From Octopus sinensis (lineage: Eukaryota), in assembly GCF_006345805.1 (NCBI RefSeq), contig NC_043008.1, positions 57,102,001 to 57,166,000 on the forward strand: a DNA stretch of 64,000 bases. The letters are read 5' to 3'. The notes under the pieces are model-generated. The model ran no database searches. It saw only the letters and a program-made list of their open reading frames with translations, and was not told the DNA's origin. Below, piece by piece: positions 12,133-24,989 of this stretch. The number at the start of each line of letters is the position of its first letter. Within the stretch, counting starts at the first letter, position 1. Both the position numbers and the translations under genes were made by a program.

Positions 12133-12272
12133 TGTTGCAATTGAGGATTTTGGGTAACGTAATTAACTATCTTTCAGGATTTTAAATACAGTATACCCGT
12201 TCGGCAAAGTGCAAGGCATAAGTTTCAAACAATTTTCGAACAATTTTAACATTAATTTCTATCCAGTCATCC

Positions 12273-12316
<44 letters not shown>

Positions 12317-12355
12317 GCACGCACGCACACACACACACACACACACACACTGTTT

Positions 12356-12768
12356 ACTCTCTTTTATTCTTTTACTTGTTTCAGTCATTTGACTGCGGCC
12401 ATGCTGGAGCACGCCTTTAATCGAGCAACTCGACCCCGGGACTTATTCTTTTGTAAGCCCAGTACTTATTCTATCGGTCTCTTTTGCCGAACCGCTAAGT
12501 GACGGGGACGTAAACACACCAGCATCGGTTGTCAAGGAATGCTAGGGGGACAAACACAGACACACAAACACACACACATATATATACATATATATACACA
12601 TATACGACAGGCTTCTTTCAGTTTCCGTCTACCAAATCCACTCACAAGGCATTGGTCGGCCCGGGGCTATAGCAGAAGTCACTTGCATAAGGTGCCACGC
12701 AGTGGGACTGAACCCGGAACCATGTGGTTGGTTAGCAAGCTACTTACCACACAGCCACGCCTGCGCCT
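12356..12768 (-). mobile_element. SINE family S1, full length
   Basis: Reverse complement of 31630-32080. Confidence 0.9.
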
Positions 12769-13099
12769 ATCTATCTATTTATTTATTATTCCTCTACGAG
12801 AATGTTGTTAGCGGCGACTTCGAAGTTTCAGCCAATTAAGACTTCGTCAGCAATGGCTTAGTTATTCGAAATTTCGAAGTCACTGTCAACAACACTTTTG
12901 TATAAGATTTAATCCGTGCTCTACAAAAAGTATAGAGTAACCCACCATACTATATTTTTTATATTTTATATCTTATCTAGTTTCAGCTCACGAGCTGTGG
13001 CCATGCTGGGGCACCGCCATTAATGTAAAATTGTTTTTATTATAACTGAAAATAAAATAAAACAAACACACAGACACACGCACACGCACACACACACAC

Positions 13100-13606
13100 A
13101 TCTTCATCTACTACTCCTACTACTTCATCTTCTTTTTCATCTTCACCTTCTTTTTCTCCTACTTCTACTTTTTCATTATTCTTCTTTCCCTTCTTCTTCT
13201 TCTTCTTCTTCTTCTTCTTCTTCTTCTATTACTACTACAACTACTTCTTCTTCTCTTTCTTCTTCTATTACTACTAATACTACTACTTATTATTATTCTT
13301 CTTCTTCTATTACTACTACTACTACCTCTTCTTCTTCTTCTATTACTACTACTACTTCTTCTTCTTCTTCTATTACTACTACTACTACTACTATTCTTCT
13401 TCTATTACTACTACTACTACTTCTTCTTGTTCTTCTTCTATTACTACTACTACTACTACTTCTTCTTCTTCTTCTTCTATTACTACTACTACTTCTTTTT
13501 CTTCTTCTATTACTACTAGTAGTCCATCATCTTCTCCTCCTTCTTCTTCTTCTTCTATTACTACTACTAGTCCATCATCTTCTTCTCCTCCTCCTTCTTC
13601 TTCTCG
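13100..13606. repeat. Compound (CTT)n/(ACT)n trinucleotide repeat with higher-order units
   Basis: Recurring CTTCTTCTATTACTACTACT blocks; two near-identical ~50-bp blocks at the right end. Confidence 0.9.
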
Positions 13607-13969
13607 TCTCTATGATCGACAGCGTCATTCAAATAAGAGCAAAATATTTCAGTTATTTTATCAATTACTTTCCAGATTATATATGTGTTATTCATTGAAT
13701 AACATTGTCATTTTCTCGTCACATTACCGTCTCTAATAAGCTAGCTTTTCAATGTTTACAGTACAAAGTATAACAACTCTTAGGTGACTAGTAGAAAATC
13801 TCGTGATTTAGTGGCAGTTTCAATAATCTATTAGGTATGGCTCTAATTGGTAAACCGTTATGTTTGGGCAACATCTACATTATTTTTTTTTAATATTCAT
13901 ATATGATGCTCTTTGCAGCCTTTTCGTTGTCTCAGTACATAGCTCACCACAACTGAAAATAAAAGCAGT

Positions 13970-13977
13970 CATTATAT

Positions 13978-14028
<51 letters not shown>

Positions 14029-14074
14029 ATGAATATATATAATATATATATATATAATATATGTATTATGTATA

Positions 14075-14123
<49 letters not shown>

Positions 14124-14486
14124 CATTATATATATCATATATATATATGCATAATATCTTATATATACTTTATATATATTTATTTTGATATATATATCGT
14201 GTGTGTATGTATATATAGATATTATATATATTATATATTATACTATATACATATTACATATATATATAAATATATACATATGTAATTATATATATATATA
14301 TACATATATACATATTTGTACATATATATACATACGCATATTTATATATATATACACACATATATATAAATTATATATAGATATATATATACTTATATAT
14401 GCAATATACATACACATACATATATACATATATATAAAACATGCAATATATATATATATAGATATATACATACATATTTAATACTT

Positions 14487-14519
<33 letters not shown>

Positions 14520-14587
14520 TATATATATAATATACACATATATATATACATATATATATACTTATAATATAATATATATATATATTA

Positions 14588-14621
<34 letters not shown>

Positions 14622-14622
14622 C
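13970..14622. repeat. Degenerate (TA)n microsatellite tract
   Basis: Direct inspection; similar tracts at 38550-39190, 39900-40225, 54245-54455 and 57125-57290. Confidence 0.95.
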
Positions 14623-15081
14623 ACATGTTTAAATTTAGGCAGTCTTAGGTAATTTAGGTCTTTTGTTCTCAGTCAATATCTTTAATGAATATAACCTCTA
14701 CACACACTTACACGTTGAATGATCTCCGACACATCTCATTGTTCTTAACTTGTCTCATTTAATTGGTAAGCACAATTTATTATTGAAGATTTTTAATACA
14801 GAGCTGAAGTCATACGGTCTTTCATATCCGACGACTTCAGGAAGTTTATTTTCATTGAATATTTAACATATACGAGTTATGTACATTGTTGACGCGTTCT
14901 AAAACGACGCTGCTTTTGTTTGATGTGACGAGCTCCTGAGTGATTCTCAGATAGCCGGAATGTTATGCAATTCTAACGTATTTAAGCAAAGATGAAAGAT
15001 TTCAGATAAGTTATGAACTGACTCTGGTTACGATTCTTTACAGAAAAATTAAGGCCGTCTTCATATTTATCATGTTGTGGC

Positions 15082-15232
15082 TGAATGGTAAGAGGTTAGC
15101 TTCGCAACCACAACCGGATTTAATGCGACTGCGTGACACATGGTGTATGATTTCTTTCACTATAGACCCAGACTGACCACTGCCTTTAGAGTGGATTTTG
15201 TAGACGGAAACTGAAAGAAGCCCATCGTGTGT
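15082..15232 (+). mobile_element. SINE S1 5' half, diverged
   Basis: GTGGATTTTGTAGACGGAAACTGAAAGAAGCCCATCG motif. Confidence 0.7.
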
Positions 15233-15309
15233 GTGCGTGTATATATATTTATATGTTTATATATAGAGAGAAAGAGAGGGGAGAGAGAGGGTAAGGACAA
15301 GCAAGTTAG

Positions 15310-16490
15310 GCTATTCGATATTCAAAAATATTCAATACATTTAATACAAATAATGTGCATATAAAAAGGTCCGACTTACACAGAATAGAAATGATATCAG
15401 GAATTAAAGGGGTTGAATAAGAGTTTTACGAATCCAGCAGCTGTTTCGTGGGGCTTGTTGGTCCAAAATAATGAGAGTTTATTGATTCCATCATTGGATA
15501 ATACCACCCTCCGTCTTCAAGGAGGAAGTTTACATTTGAGCTGTTGACAGAAAGGAGATTAAAGTTGGAATGATTTTGTGGAGAATTAAGTGTATAAACA
15601 GGAGTTGGATTTAGATAGAGAATAGTGGGAGGAGAAAATAGATTTCAGGGTTAGAGGTTATAAATGAAGCTAATGATAGTAGTAGGGGTGGAAAGTCGAT
15701 GCATTCAAGTGCATCGGTACAAGGAACAGATGCTTATATGCTTACAATGTATATCACCATTACCATCACGTGACCGACCAGTCCATCAGATGTAGTTACA
15801 CATCGCTGGTCACAATGCGTTCGCATTGTTTTAGCCTTCGAATGACGCCACCCCGCTGGCTAAGCGAGCAGACCAACAGAAGAAAGAGTGGGAGAAAGAG
15901 TGGTGAAAGAGTACAGCAGTGATCACCACCCCCTGCCGGAGCCTCGTGGAGCTTTTTAGGTGTTTTCGCTCAATAAACACTCACAACGCCCGGTCTGGGA
16001 ATCGAAACCGCGATCCTACGACCGCGATTCCGCTGCCCTAACCAGACCGGGCGTTGTGAGTGTTTATTGAGCGAAAACACCTAAAAAGCTCCACGAGGCT
16101 CCGGCAGGGGGTGGTGATCCCTGCTGTACTCTTTCACCACTCTTTCTCCCACTCTTTCTTCTGTTGGCCTGCTCGCTTAGCCAGCGGGGTGGCGTCATTC
16201 GAAGGCTAAAACAATGCGAACGCATTGTGACCAGCGATGTGTAACTACATCTGATGGACTGGTCGGTCACGTGATGGTAATGGTGATATACATTGTAAGC
16301 ATATAAGCATCTGTTCCTTGTACCGATGCACTTGAATGCATCGACTTTCCACCCTACTACTATCATTAGCTTCATTTATAACCTCTAACCCTGAAATCTA
16401 TTTTCTCCTCCCACTATTCTCTATCTAAATCCAACTCCTGTTTATACACTTAATTCTCCACAAAATCATTCCAACTTTAATCTCCTTTCT
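15310..16490. mobile_element. pLTR-like family C fragment plus H1/T2 SINE, duplicated as a 450-bp fold-back (arms 15549-15998 and 16042-16490)
   Basis: Arms differ at only ~3 positions and include ~220 bp of non-SINE DNA; CCA microhomology at the junction; degenerate hammerhead-like motif at 15433-15523(-). Confidence 0.8.
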
Positions 16491-16571
16491 TATATATATA
16501 TATAAATGTATATGCGTGTGTGTGTGGATATATACATGCATATATACATATATATATGTATATATATATAT

Positions 16572-17215
16572 TAGAAAATGGAGCAAAAAACGCAATAGAG
16601 GACAATAAAGCATTTAGACAAATAGACGATACAAAGGTGGACAGGAGAAACAACAATTAGAGGAACAGGGGAAAAGAAGGACAGGTTATTCGTGGCCTTC
16701 TTTCTTCAGTCAAGTTACCAGATGTCATTACCGTTTCGGGCATTTACACTTGTGACATTTGGATCTAGTTGTCCCCCAAAGAAGTCTAAGCTAAGCGCAT
16801 TAGATTTTTCGTTAGAAAGCTAACGAATGTGTAAGGCAACAAAGACAAGAAAAGGAGAACATGATGCACAATTACAAATACAACAAGAATATAACAACAG
16901 GTGTCTTTCGACTGAGAACGAATCAAATTGAGCTGGCGTGTATGAAGTGAAAGCCTAAAGGCAGGAACATAGTAGACGGATATAAGAAGTTTTGAGGTCA
17001 GCAGTCAGGTCATGAAAGAAAGATCATGGCTGGCCGGACACCGGTCACGTGGAAGAAAGAGAGATGCGTAGGGGCAGCGGGACTGAAGTATTAGAAAAAA
17101 AATCAAAGACGGAAAGGTACAGGTGCGATAAACGAGAAGGAAAAGTGGGAGTTAAAGAAAGAGAGGGCCAAGAAATGTGAGAGAGGGGGGCGAGAAAAAG
17201 AAAAGAGGAAGAAAG
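16572..17215 (-). mobile_element. Probable Penelope-like non-coding repeat (family G)
   Basis: Purine-rich plus strand abutting (TA)n; the minus strand has CTGAAGA and CCCGAAACGGTA motifs, but in non-canonical order. Confidence 0.35.
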
Positions 17216-17344
17216 TTTAAATTTATATTTTCATATGCAACACACACTTATATACATATATGTATATGTATGTATACACGCACGCGCGTGCATAAATATG
17301 TGTGAACATATGATAATTGTATAAGTATGTAATAAAATACAGTG

Positions 17345-17660
17345 AGGGCGCGTGGCTTAGTGGTTAGGGCATTCGGCTCATGATCGTAAGGTTGTGAGTT
17401 CGATTCCCGGCGACGCGTTGTGTCCTGAGCAAGACACTTTATTTCACGTTGCTCCAGTCCACTCAGCTGGCAAAAATGAGTTGTACTTGTATTTCAAAGG
17501 GTCAGCCTTGTCACTCTCTGTGTCACGCTGATTATCCCCGAGAACTACGTTAAGGGTACACGTGTCTGTGGAATGCTCAGCCATTTGCACGTTAATTTCA
17601 CGAGCAAGCTGTTCCGTTGATCGTATCAGCTGGGACCCTCGTCGTCGTAACCGGCGGAGT
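17345..17660 (+). mobile_element. tRNA-SINE head H2 (CORE-like TGTGTCC...GAGCAAGACACTT) + tail T1
   Basis: A-box TGGCTTAGTGG, B-box GAGTTCGATTCC; 3' half shared with 35190-35366. Confidence 0.85.
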
Positions 17661-17741
17661 CTTTAATAAAATACAAGTACACATGCATAAACACATACAC
17701 TCACAACAAACATACACGTATGCATACAAATATGTTGAAGA

Positions 17742-17817
<76 letters not shown>

Positions 17818-18960
17818 GTGTGTGTGTTTGTGTATGTATGTATGGGTTTGAGCAAATGAATGCTCGAAACCTGAATTTATACCTATGTGTGTGTTTGTGT
17901 ACGTTCATGTGTGTGAGTGTGCGTACACATATCTATGTTATATATAATAAATATTCATAATTTCTAACCGTTGTGAGTTTCTATTTCTCTGTCTATATAA
18001 TCTTGTTTAAATGTCATACACGTTGACACGTTAATACTTTAACAGCAGTTTTATTTACTCTTACTGTTATATATTTACGAGTGTCAGCAATGATATTCGA
18101 ATGAAAAAAAAAACACTGACAACATACTACAAAATATATGAAAATACATTACCATGAATCCTAATGATATTCGCTTGTCCCTTTTGGGGATTTTTTGTAT
18201 AGAATTTACAGCGATAATTTGCTTCATTTCTCAATATCAACTTATGTATATATATATATATATATATGTAAGTAGGTTTGAAATATATCTGAGATAATGA
18301 TATCTCACTTCGGTGTACTTATCACAGTGTTATTTGGTGCAATGAAGCGAAAGTGTTTTCGGCGAAATTATACAGGATGTACATTCGTTCAACTGCTGAT
18401 TCTCGTCGTAAGAAATTTATTCGATTTTCAGCAAGCCTGTTTTTTTTTTCTAATTCTTTCTTTAATTCTGCTATATTACTGTGGTTTGGTTCGGTCATTT
18501 CTATTTACGGACTTTTCTTTATTTATGTATTTTTCTCTTTTAACTTGAATATTTTCGTGATACATATCATCCGGTGCACATCTTAGATTTTTGGCTACGT
18601 GAACAAGCACGTCAAAAATGTAATTCCCAAATCGCATTAATGTATGGCTATTGCATATAAAATATATAGGCAACGTCGAATAAATAATTGCGTTTCGTAA
18701 AGATGAATAGATGAGGAAAAGAAATAAGGTTTCGGGTAAAATCCTATGTTCGTAGAAATACACAAATGTTTAGGGAAAAGTTTGAAAGAGAAAAATTAAA
18801 TTTAACAACAGTGAAACGTACATTCACGTTCGAATGTTACGCTTGCAAATGGAAGTAATCTACTCTTGCCCTCGGTTTTTATTCAATCGTGTTGACACTA
18901 GGCAGAGGTAACACATAACAGAAAGGGCGTAAGAAATTTTATTTATTAGTACCATAGATA

Positions 18961-19180
18961 AAGGCGGGGGTGCTGAAAAGTTCCTGGCTATGTGTAAAAG
19001 AAAATACGGAATGGTCAATTAATTATGATTTAATCCAACATATTCCCCTTCTCAGATTCACACACTTATTGCAGCGATCCTTCAGTTTTTCTAAGCTTTG
19101 TAAAAGAACTCGGAAGTTTGTACCTACAACAAGGCATTTCGTGATAACATTAAAGGCAGGAACTTTTCAGCACACACCTT
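18961..19180. mobile_element. Mariner-derived MITE
   Basis: TIR GGGGGTGCTGAAAAGTTCCTGGCT; the interior minus strand resembles a mariner C-terminus (LKDRCNKCVNL..GEYVG); second copy at 44897-45110. Confidence 0.8.
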
Positions 19181-19184
19181 ATAA

Positions 19185-19950
19185 GAAATTTAACAGGGGT
19201 GAAATGTACGGTATGCTGGGAAGAAGGCGATTTCCTCGGTGCGACGCGTGGTCACCAAGTTCTGTATCGCCTGCTCCTCTGTCTTAAAAAGGACTTCTAC
19301 TCTTCCGTATGCCTCGCTCTCGCAATGTGGCGGATATCCTGCAATATGACTTTCAAGGCCTTTTCCACCTGGTCGCGTGTAGCATTTTGAAGTTTTCTTG
19401 TCTTTGTATTCACGCACTTGTAGACAACAGTCCGTTCGGCTGTTGCTTCCAGCACGTCGCTTGGAGGCGCCAAATATGTCCTCCTTCCATTCATTTTCAT
19501 ATATTTTGCAGCCCTGATTAGTTTTTCTGTTTTGTTCTCCAGTGAGATGTTAACCAATAACTTATCTGCCGTGATATTTGCAAAGGTTTTTCCTCCCACC
19601 AGTTGCTTTCAATATCGCTTTGCGTGCGACTTCCGTGTAGTGAGGGAGATTTTACTCCTTCCTTCCTCCCGCTTTCTGTCTGCTTTTCATCTTCTTTCTT
19701 CTTTACTTGCCTCTTCACGTCCTCTTTTTTCTTTCTTTCTGCTGTCTACTGCCAATCGCGGTGGGGAGGACGGGGAAGTCCTCGTGCAAATTGCCGTACT
19801 ACCTACCTTCCTCACTCCCAATTTTCGTAGCCGTCTTCAGTATTTACTTTCTTCGAAGCAAAGTTTCGAACAAATTTGAAAACAAAAAGGTTTCTATCAC
19901 CTCCAAAATGGGGCTTTGCTTAATAAACGTCACCCCCGCCCCCAGAAGGG
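19185..19950 (-). mobile_element. Possible LINE (L1/Tx1-like) ORF1 5' fragment, frameshifted
   Basis: Overlapping minus-strand ORFs join into TVVYKCVNTKTRKLQNATRDQVEKALKVILQDI/..YGRVEVLFKTEEQA..TEEIAFFPAY; non-repetitive and coding-like; family assignment is inference. Confidence 0.4.
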
Positions 19951-20060
19951 AGTGATGTTTGCAAAACCACTTAACCAGCAAAATACAATATAGAACCTTT
20001 TAAAACATGTGAATTAAACATAAACTTACAGCAGTCCAAAACCACACCTCCAGCTAGGCG

Positions 20061-20061
<1 letters not shown>

Positions 20062-20106
<45 letters not shown>

Positions 20107-20142
20107 TAATAATAATAATAATAAATAATGATAATAATAATA

Positions 20143-20184
<42 letters not shown>

Positions 20185-20257
20185 TAATAATAATAACAAT
20201 AATAATAATAAAAAATAATGCTAATAATAATAATAAATAATGATAATAATAATAATG

Positions 20258-20295
<38 letters not shown>

Positions 20296-20325
20296 GAACG
20301 ACAACAACAACAATAACAACAACAA
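20062..20325. repeat. (AAT)n/(AAC)n microsatellite
   Basis: Direct inspection; also (AAT)n at 21241-21330 and (TAG)n at 20815-20848. Confidence 0.95.
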
Positions 20326-20814
20326 ACGAATTTACAAAATGCACCTGCATTTCCGATACTTCGAAAAAAATTCAAAGCCAAATGAAAACATCCATTTAAT
20401 GTTGGAATTGTTTGTTTTACTACAAGTTACATTATAAACTCTTTTTATTAACTCATACATATATTTGAGCTGACATACGTAACGTTCGATTCGAGCATTG
20501 ATTTTCAACAGCTTTTCAATAAAATTTTTGCAATAAAATTGTTTACATACAAGAAGTGCGCCAATTGCAGCATATTCAATATTCAGTGTTAAAACTAATA
20601 CAATAGCCATACTTTTAGAAAACGCTTTAAAATGATACTTCAATTCTATTCAGTTTTCCCCATTTGGTGATAAAAATAAATAATGGAAGATCGGTTTTAT
20701 ATGGTTTGAATCGATAAACATTTAACAAATATTCATAAGAACGATTGTGTTGCTTATGTGGTGGAGAACACTTGCTTTAATCATAAAAAATGTCGCATTG
20801 TATAGCACATTATA

Positions 20815-20847
<33 letters not shown>

Positions 20848-21240
20848 CAAATTTTGCCACTAGAGCAGCAATTTTGGAGGAGGGGATGAGTCGATTGATC
20901 TGACCCCAGTACACAACTGATACGTAAATTATCGACCCCGAGGGGATGCAATGTAAAGTCGACCTCGGCGGAATTTGAACTCAGAACATAGCGACGGGTG
21001 AAATACCTATTCCATTACTACCCACAAGGGGCTAGACACAAAGAGGGCAAACAAGAACAGACAAACAGATTAAGTCTATTATATTGACCCCAGTGCGTAA
21101 CTGGTACTTATTTAATCGACCCCGAAAGGTTGAAAGGCAAAGTCGACCTCGGCGGAATTTGAACTCAGTATGTAACCGCAGACGAAATACCACTAAGCAT
21201 TTCGTCCGGCGTGCTAACGTTTCTACCAGCTCACCGCCTG
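20848..21240 (-). mobile_element. SINE S2 dimer
   Basis: Two S2 units joined at GAAATACC|TATTCCATTACTACCCAC. Confidence 0.85.
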
Positions 21241-21262
21241 AATAATAATAATAATAATAATG

Positions 21263-21331
<69 letters not shown>

Positions 21332-21379
21332 GAGCTACAGAAAATATTGTGTTCAATATCACAGATGTGCTTGTTAGTT

Positions 21380-22258
21380 GCTTGACGTTAGAAGCTGACG
21401 ATATGTGCATCTCTGATCACGAGCAGAAGCAGCGGGAGATCATCATAGCCGTGTGTTGAGAAGAATTCTTTGGGGTTTGAATAATTCACTTCTGGAAACA
21501 TGGGTGTTTTGTTCAACATGCTTAAACTACACTTATTCAGGGACCATTGGAGAATATTCTCACTGAACCTAACCTGCAAGGTCGTGTGCTGTTTATCTTG
21601 ATATGAGATTGCTATGTCACGAACATGTCAATGTCTTTTATTTTTATGAACTTATCCAGCTGCCATATTTAGAAAAGCATCGACTCGAATTTCGTATTCT
21701 GTAATCCAGTGAAATAAGATTTCCATCTTCTTGGAAATCTTGTACTCTGTCTTAAAAACAATTATGTGTAGACCAATTTTCCTGGCAGAAAATTCAAATG
21801 TATGGAGATGTCATTGAGCTTATTCGATGGTATTTGATATAAGAGCTATATCATCAGCAAGATCTGTCTCTCATATAACAGTTGGTAGGCTTCGCTTATT
21901 TCTCTTTTGTGTCAATGTAAAGCCGAGATCTTGTTCATTATCAATTGCTTCCCTTATGGTATAGTCCAGAGCGAAAAGCAATTTGGATGATGCTTATTGT
22001 AAAGAGCAAGAAAGCTACATAAAGGAGAAGGTGGTACTCCTACATAACACCCATTTGAATCAAAAAGCTAAACTTGCGTGGAGTGTTATCAATGAAATAA
22101 CTGGAAAAGGAAAACTGATCATGATAAGATATGAGCTGGAAGCCTTTGTGGAACGAGCATTTGGCAAAGTTACCAGGACAACCTCCCGTGGTAGCTGAAG
22201 GAAATATTGACAATGTATTTGACCCTCTGTCTATTAATGCTGATGACTTTATAATGCA
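21380..22258. mobile_element. RTE LINE fragment: RT on minus (21380-21965), EN-RT linker inverted on plus (21975-22258)
   Basis: Minus: FALDYTIREAIDNEQDLGFTLTQKRNKRS...DLADDIALISN...KIGLHI. Plus: LDDAYCKEQESYIKEK...AWSVINEITGK...WNEHLAKLPGQPP. Confidence 0.85.
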
Positions 22259-22376
22259 GATAACGGTTCTTCCAGCTCGCCGCCTTGAGAAAAACAACTA
22301 CAATTTCATCATCAACAACAACAAAATAATAATAATAATACTAATGGTAATAATAACAATAATAACAATACTAATA

Positions 22377-22521
22377 GCAAGAAGAAGAAGAAGAAGAAGA
22401 AGAAGAAGAAGAAGAAGAAGAAGAAGAAGAAGAAGAAGAAGAAGAAGAAGAAGAAGAAGAAGAAGAAGAAGAAGAAGAAGAAGAAGAAGAAGAAGAAGAA
22501 GAAGAAGAAGAAGAAGAAGAA
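22377..22521. repeat. Pure (AAG)n, ~48 units
   Basis: Direct inspection. Confidence 0.97.
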
Positions 22522-22808
22522 AAGCTAAACAGAAAAGAAATTGACAAAGCAAAATCCCAACAATGGCTGAGAAGTTTAGGGACTCAAAGCAGACTGGAGA
22601 ATTTTTAATTGCAGCACAACATCAAAGCTTTCCCACCAGAAATCACCAAAAAACACATAATGAAAAGAAATACAACTGCACAATATGTGGTAATAGAGAA
22701 GAAACAATAAATCATATTGTCTTTGGCTTCGAGGAGGGATATATATACAGACACGATAGAGTTGGAACCTATACACACTGGAGGCTATGTCAACATAGAA
22801 AATTATAG
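22522..22808 (+). mobile_element. RLE-type LINE (R4/Dong-like) fragment, thumb to Zn-knuckle region
   Basis: QQWLRSLG..FLIAAQHQSFPTRNHQK...CTICGNREETINHIV...YIYRHDRVGTYTHWRLCQH. Confidence 0.75.
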
Positions 22809-23105
22809 TTTTGAACGCGTAACCGTTTTAAAATCAGAAAACAGTTAAAATCCGTTTTATATACGCGTGTGTGTGTGTTACCCTTGCGTTTGATAGCTAG
22901 TGTTGGTTTGTTTACGTCCCAATAACTTGAGGGTGTCGGCAAGACAGACCATTAGCGTAAGTACCAAACTTTAAAAAAGTAAATACTAAAGACAATTTGT
23001 TTGACTTCACCTTTGTTTGACTTCACCTTTCAAATTGATGCAATAAGTGAAAATAAAAGATGAAAGCTATATATCGCCATACATTCTCACATCTACTTAT
23101 ATAAA

Positions 23106-23428
23106 ACTAGCAGTATCGCCCGGCGTTGCTCGGGTTTGTAAGGGAAATAACTATATAAGCATTTTTAGAGATGTAAAGTATAATAGCCATCTCAATATGG
23201 CTAACCACAAAGGCGGGTGTTACTGTAGCTTTTTACGTTCTGAGATTTAATAATACATTTTTAGAGAGTTACTTACCTTATATAATAGCAAAAAAATGCA
23301 TTAAAAATGGGAAAAAATCACGACTATAAGATACCCGCTTTTGGTTACACTGCACCGCAAAATCTGGGAGTATTTAGGAATCTAAATTGTAGGAGACAGA
23401 CACACAACTTCACTTTTATATATAAAGA
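23106..23428 (+). mobile_element. Non-autonomous Helitron/HINE-like element with internal deletion
   Basis: 5' CTAGCAGTATCGCCCGGCGTTGCTCGGG hairpin and 3' TTTTATATATAAAGAT; lacks ~85 bp present at 34179-34575. Confidence 0.8.
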
Positions 23429-23855
23429 TATGCTGTACTAGATGCAATGAAACCCTGCTCAATATATTCGACGATAACAGACAATGCATTGCCCAAGAAA
23501 CAGTCTTATTACAGTGAATGATAGGAAACAGCAAACTAATAAAATAATATGTAAAATTTTGTTATTGTATGATGTACTTCTTGTCTTGAACAAAATGAAG
23601 AAATCAAATTAACCGAGACACTAATTCGAAGTGATATTGACAATTTAAATAGCAATGTATAAAGAAAAATCAGAGATGTCATAAGGAAGGAAAAAAATCG
23701 TATAAATGCATGTGTATATCCTTGCGCATTGACATGTATGTATATACACGTGTGTTGGTGAGAGAGCAAGAGAAAGAGAGAGAGAATGAGTAAGTCTTTG
23801 TATTCACAGCTGCATACACACACGTATACATAGACATATGTATACATACACACAC

Positions 23856-23887
<32 letters not shown>

Positions 23888-24169
23888 TATACATAAACAA
23901 GCGAGTGTTTATAGGCATGTGTATTTTTAACAATGTTCACGAAATCTATATTTACAAGCCTTTCGAGAATAACTCGTTTATTGGCAGTAAATTTTAAATT
24001 CGCCAAAACAACTGACCGTAAATTTATACTAAAACCAAGGAAAGATATTTTTATGTATGTGTATAAGTGTTCATGTATGTATAAGTATTTATGTACATGT
24101 ATGTATACATTTATAATCACAAGTATACTAACGTACATTAACACACATACAAATTCCTATGTATGTATG

Positions 24170-24205
<36 letters not shown>

Positions 24206-24414
24206 GGCAACCTGATATGTGTATACATACATATATCAGAAGATAGATTTTCTGAGCTTAAAAATTATAAACTATATAAAAAAAAACTTCAAAAATCAGA
24301 ATGACACCGTTTGAAAGATAGTTTCTGTATTGCGTAAGCGCTTTAACTGCTTACAGTTCTTTAAACACACGCGTTATGGGATTACACACGCACACACACA
24401 GTCACATACACACA

Positions 24415-24451
<37 letters not shown>

Positions 24452-24989
24452 ATACATAGATACATGCATATATACATAGATACACATATATGTATGGATG
24501 GATGTATCTTTGTATGTATTTTTATGTATGTAGTTATGCATGTATATCTGTATGTAGGTATGTATTCAATATAATTTAACTGCTTATGATTCAGTCCTAC
24601 ACTATTTTAGAGGTTTCACAGCCAGTTATAATTCAGATACGTTTCATAAAACCAGATATAACCTCGCTTTACGGGTAACCCCAAGCAATGATTACTGTGT
24701 GTTATGTGATTAAACCTAAGTACGTGCTCGGACTGTTGGTACCAAATGTGAACGAAATTTTAGGTAAGATTTCTGACAAAATTGTATATTCAACAAAAGA
24801 GAAATTCGTTACGTGAAAAGTTCTTTGAATCAGTTGTGTATAGTTGCTTATATTTTGATGTACGTGTCTTAGTTTTCGAGTTATCATGCTAGAATTTAGC
24901 TTATCTGTTTTAATGAAAACTTTGAAAAATATAACCACAACATGTATTTTGCTTCATATATATTCAGATATATACATGTACTCTCTCGT

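Noticed and set aside
14673-14765. Plus-strand segment with a strong acceptor and GTAAGC donor
   Set aside because: Stops in all three frames
16690-16760. Possible hammerhead in family G
   Set aside because: GAAAC precedes CTGAAGA and the stems could not be closed without assuming a deletion
20332-20643. 103-aa minus ORF with a hydrophobic N-terminus
   Set aside because: No recognisable motif; a few ORFs of this length are expected by chance in six frames of 64 kb
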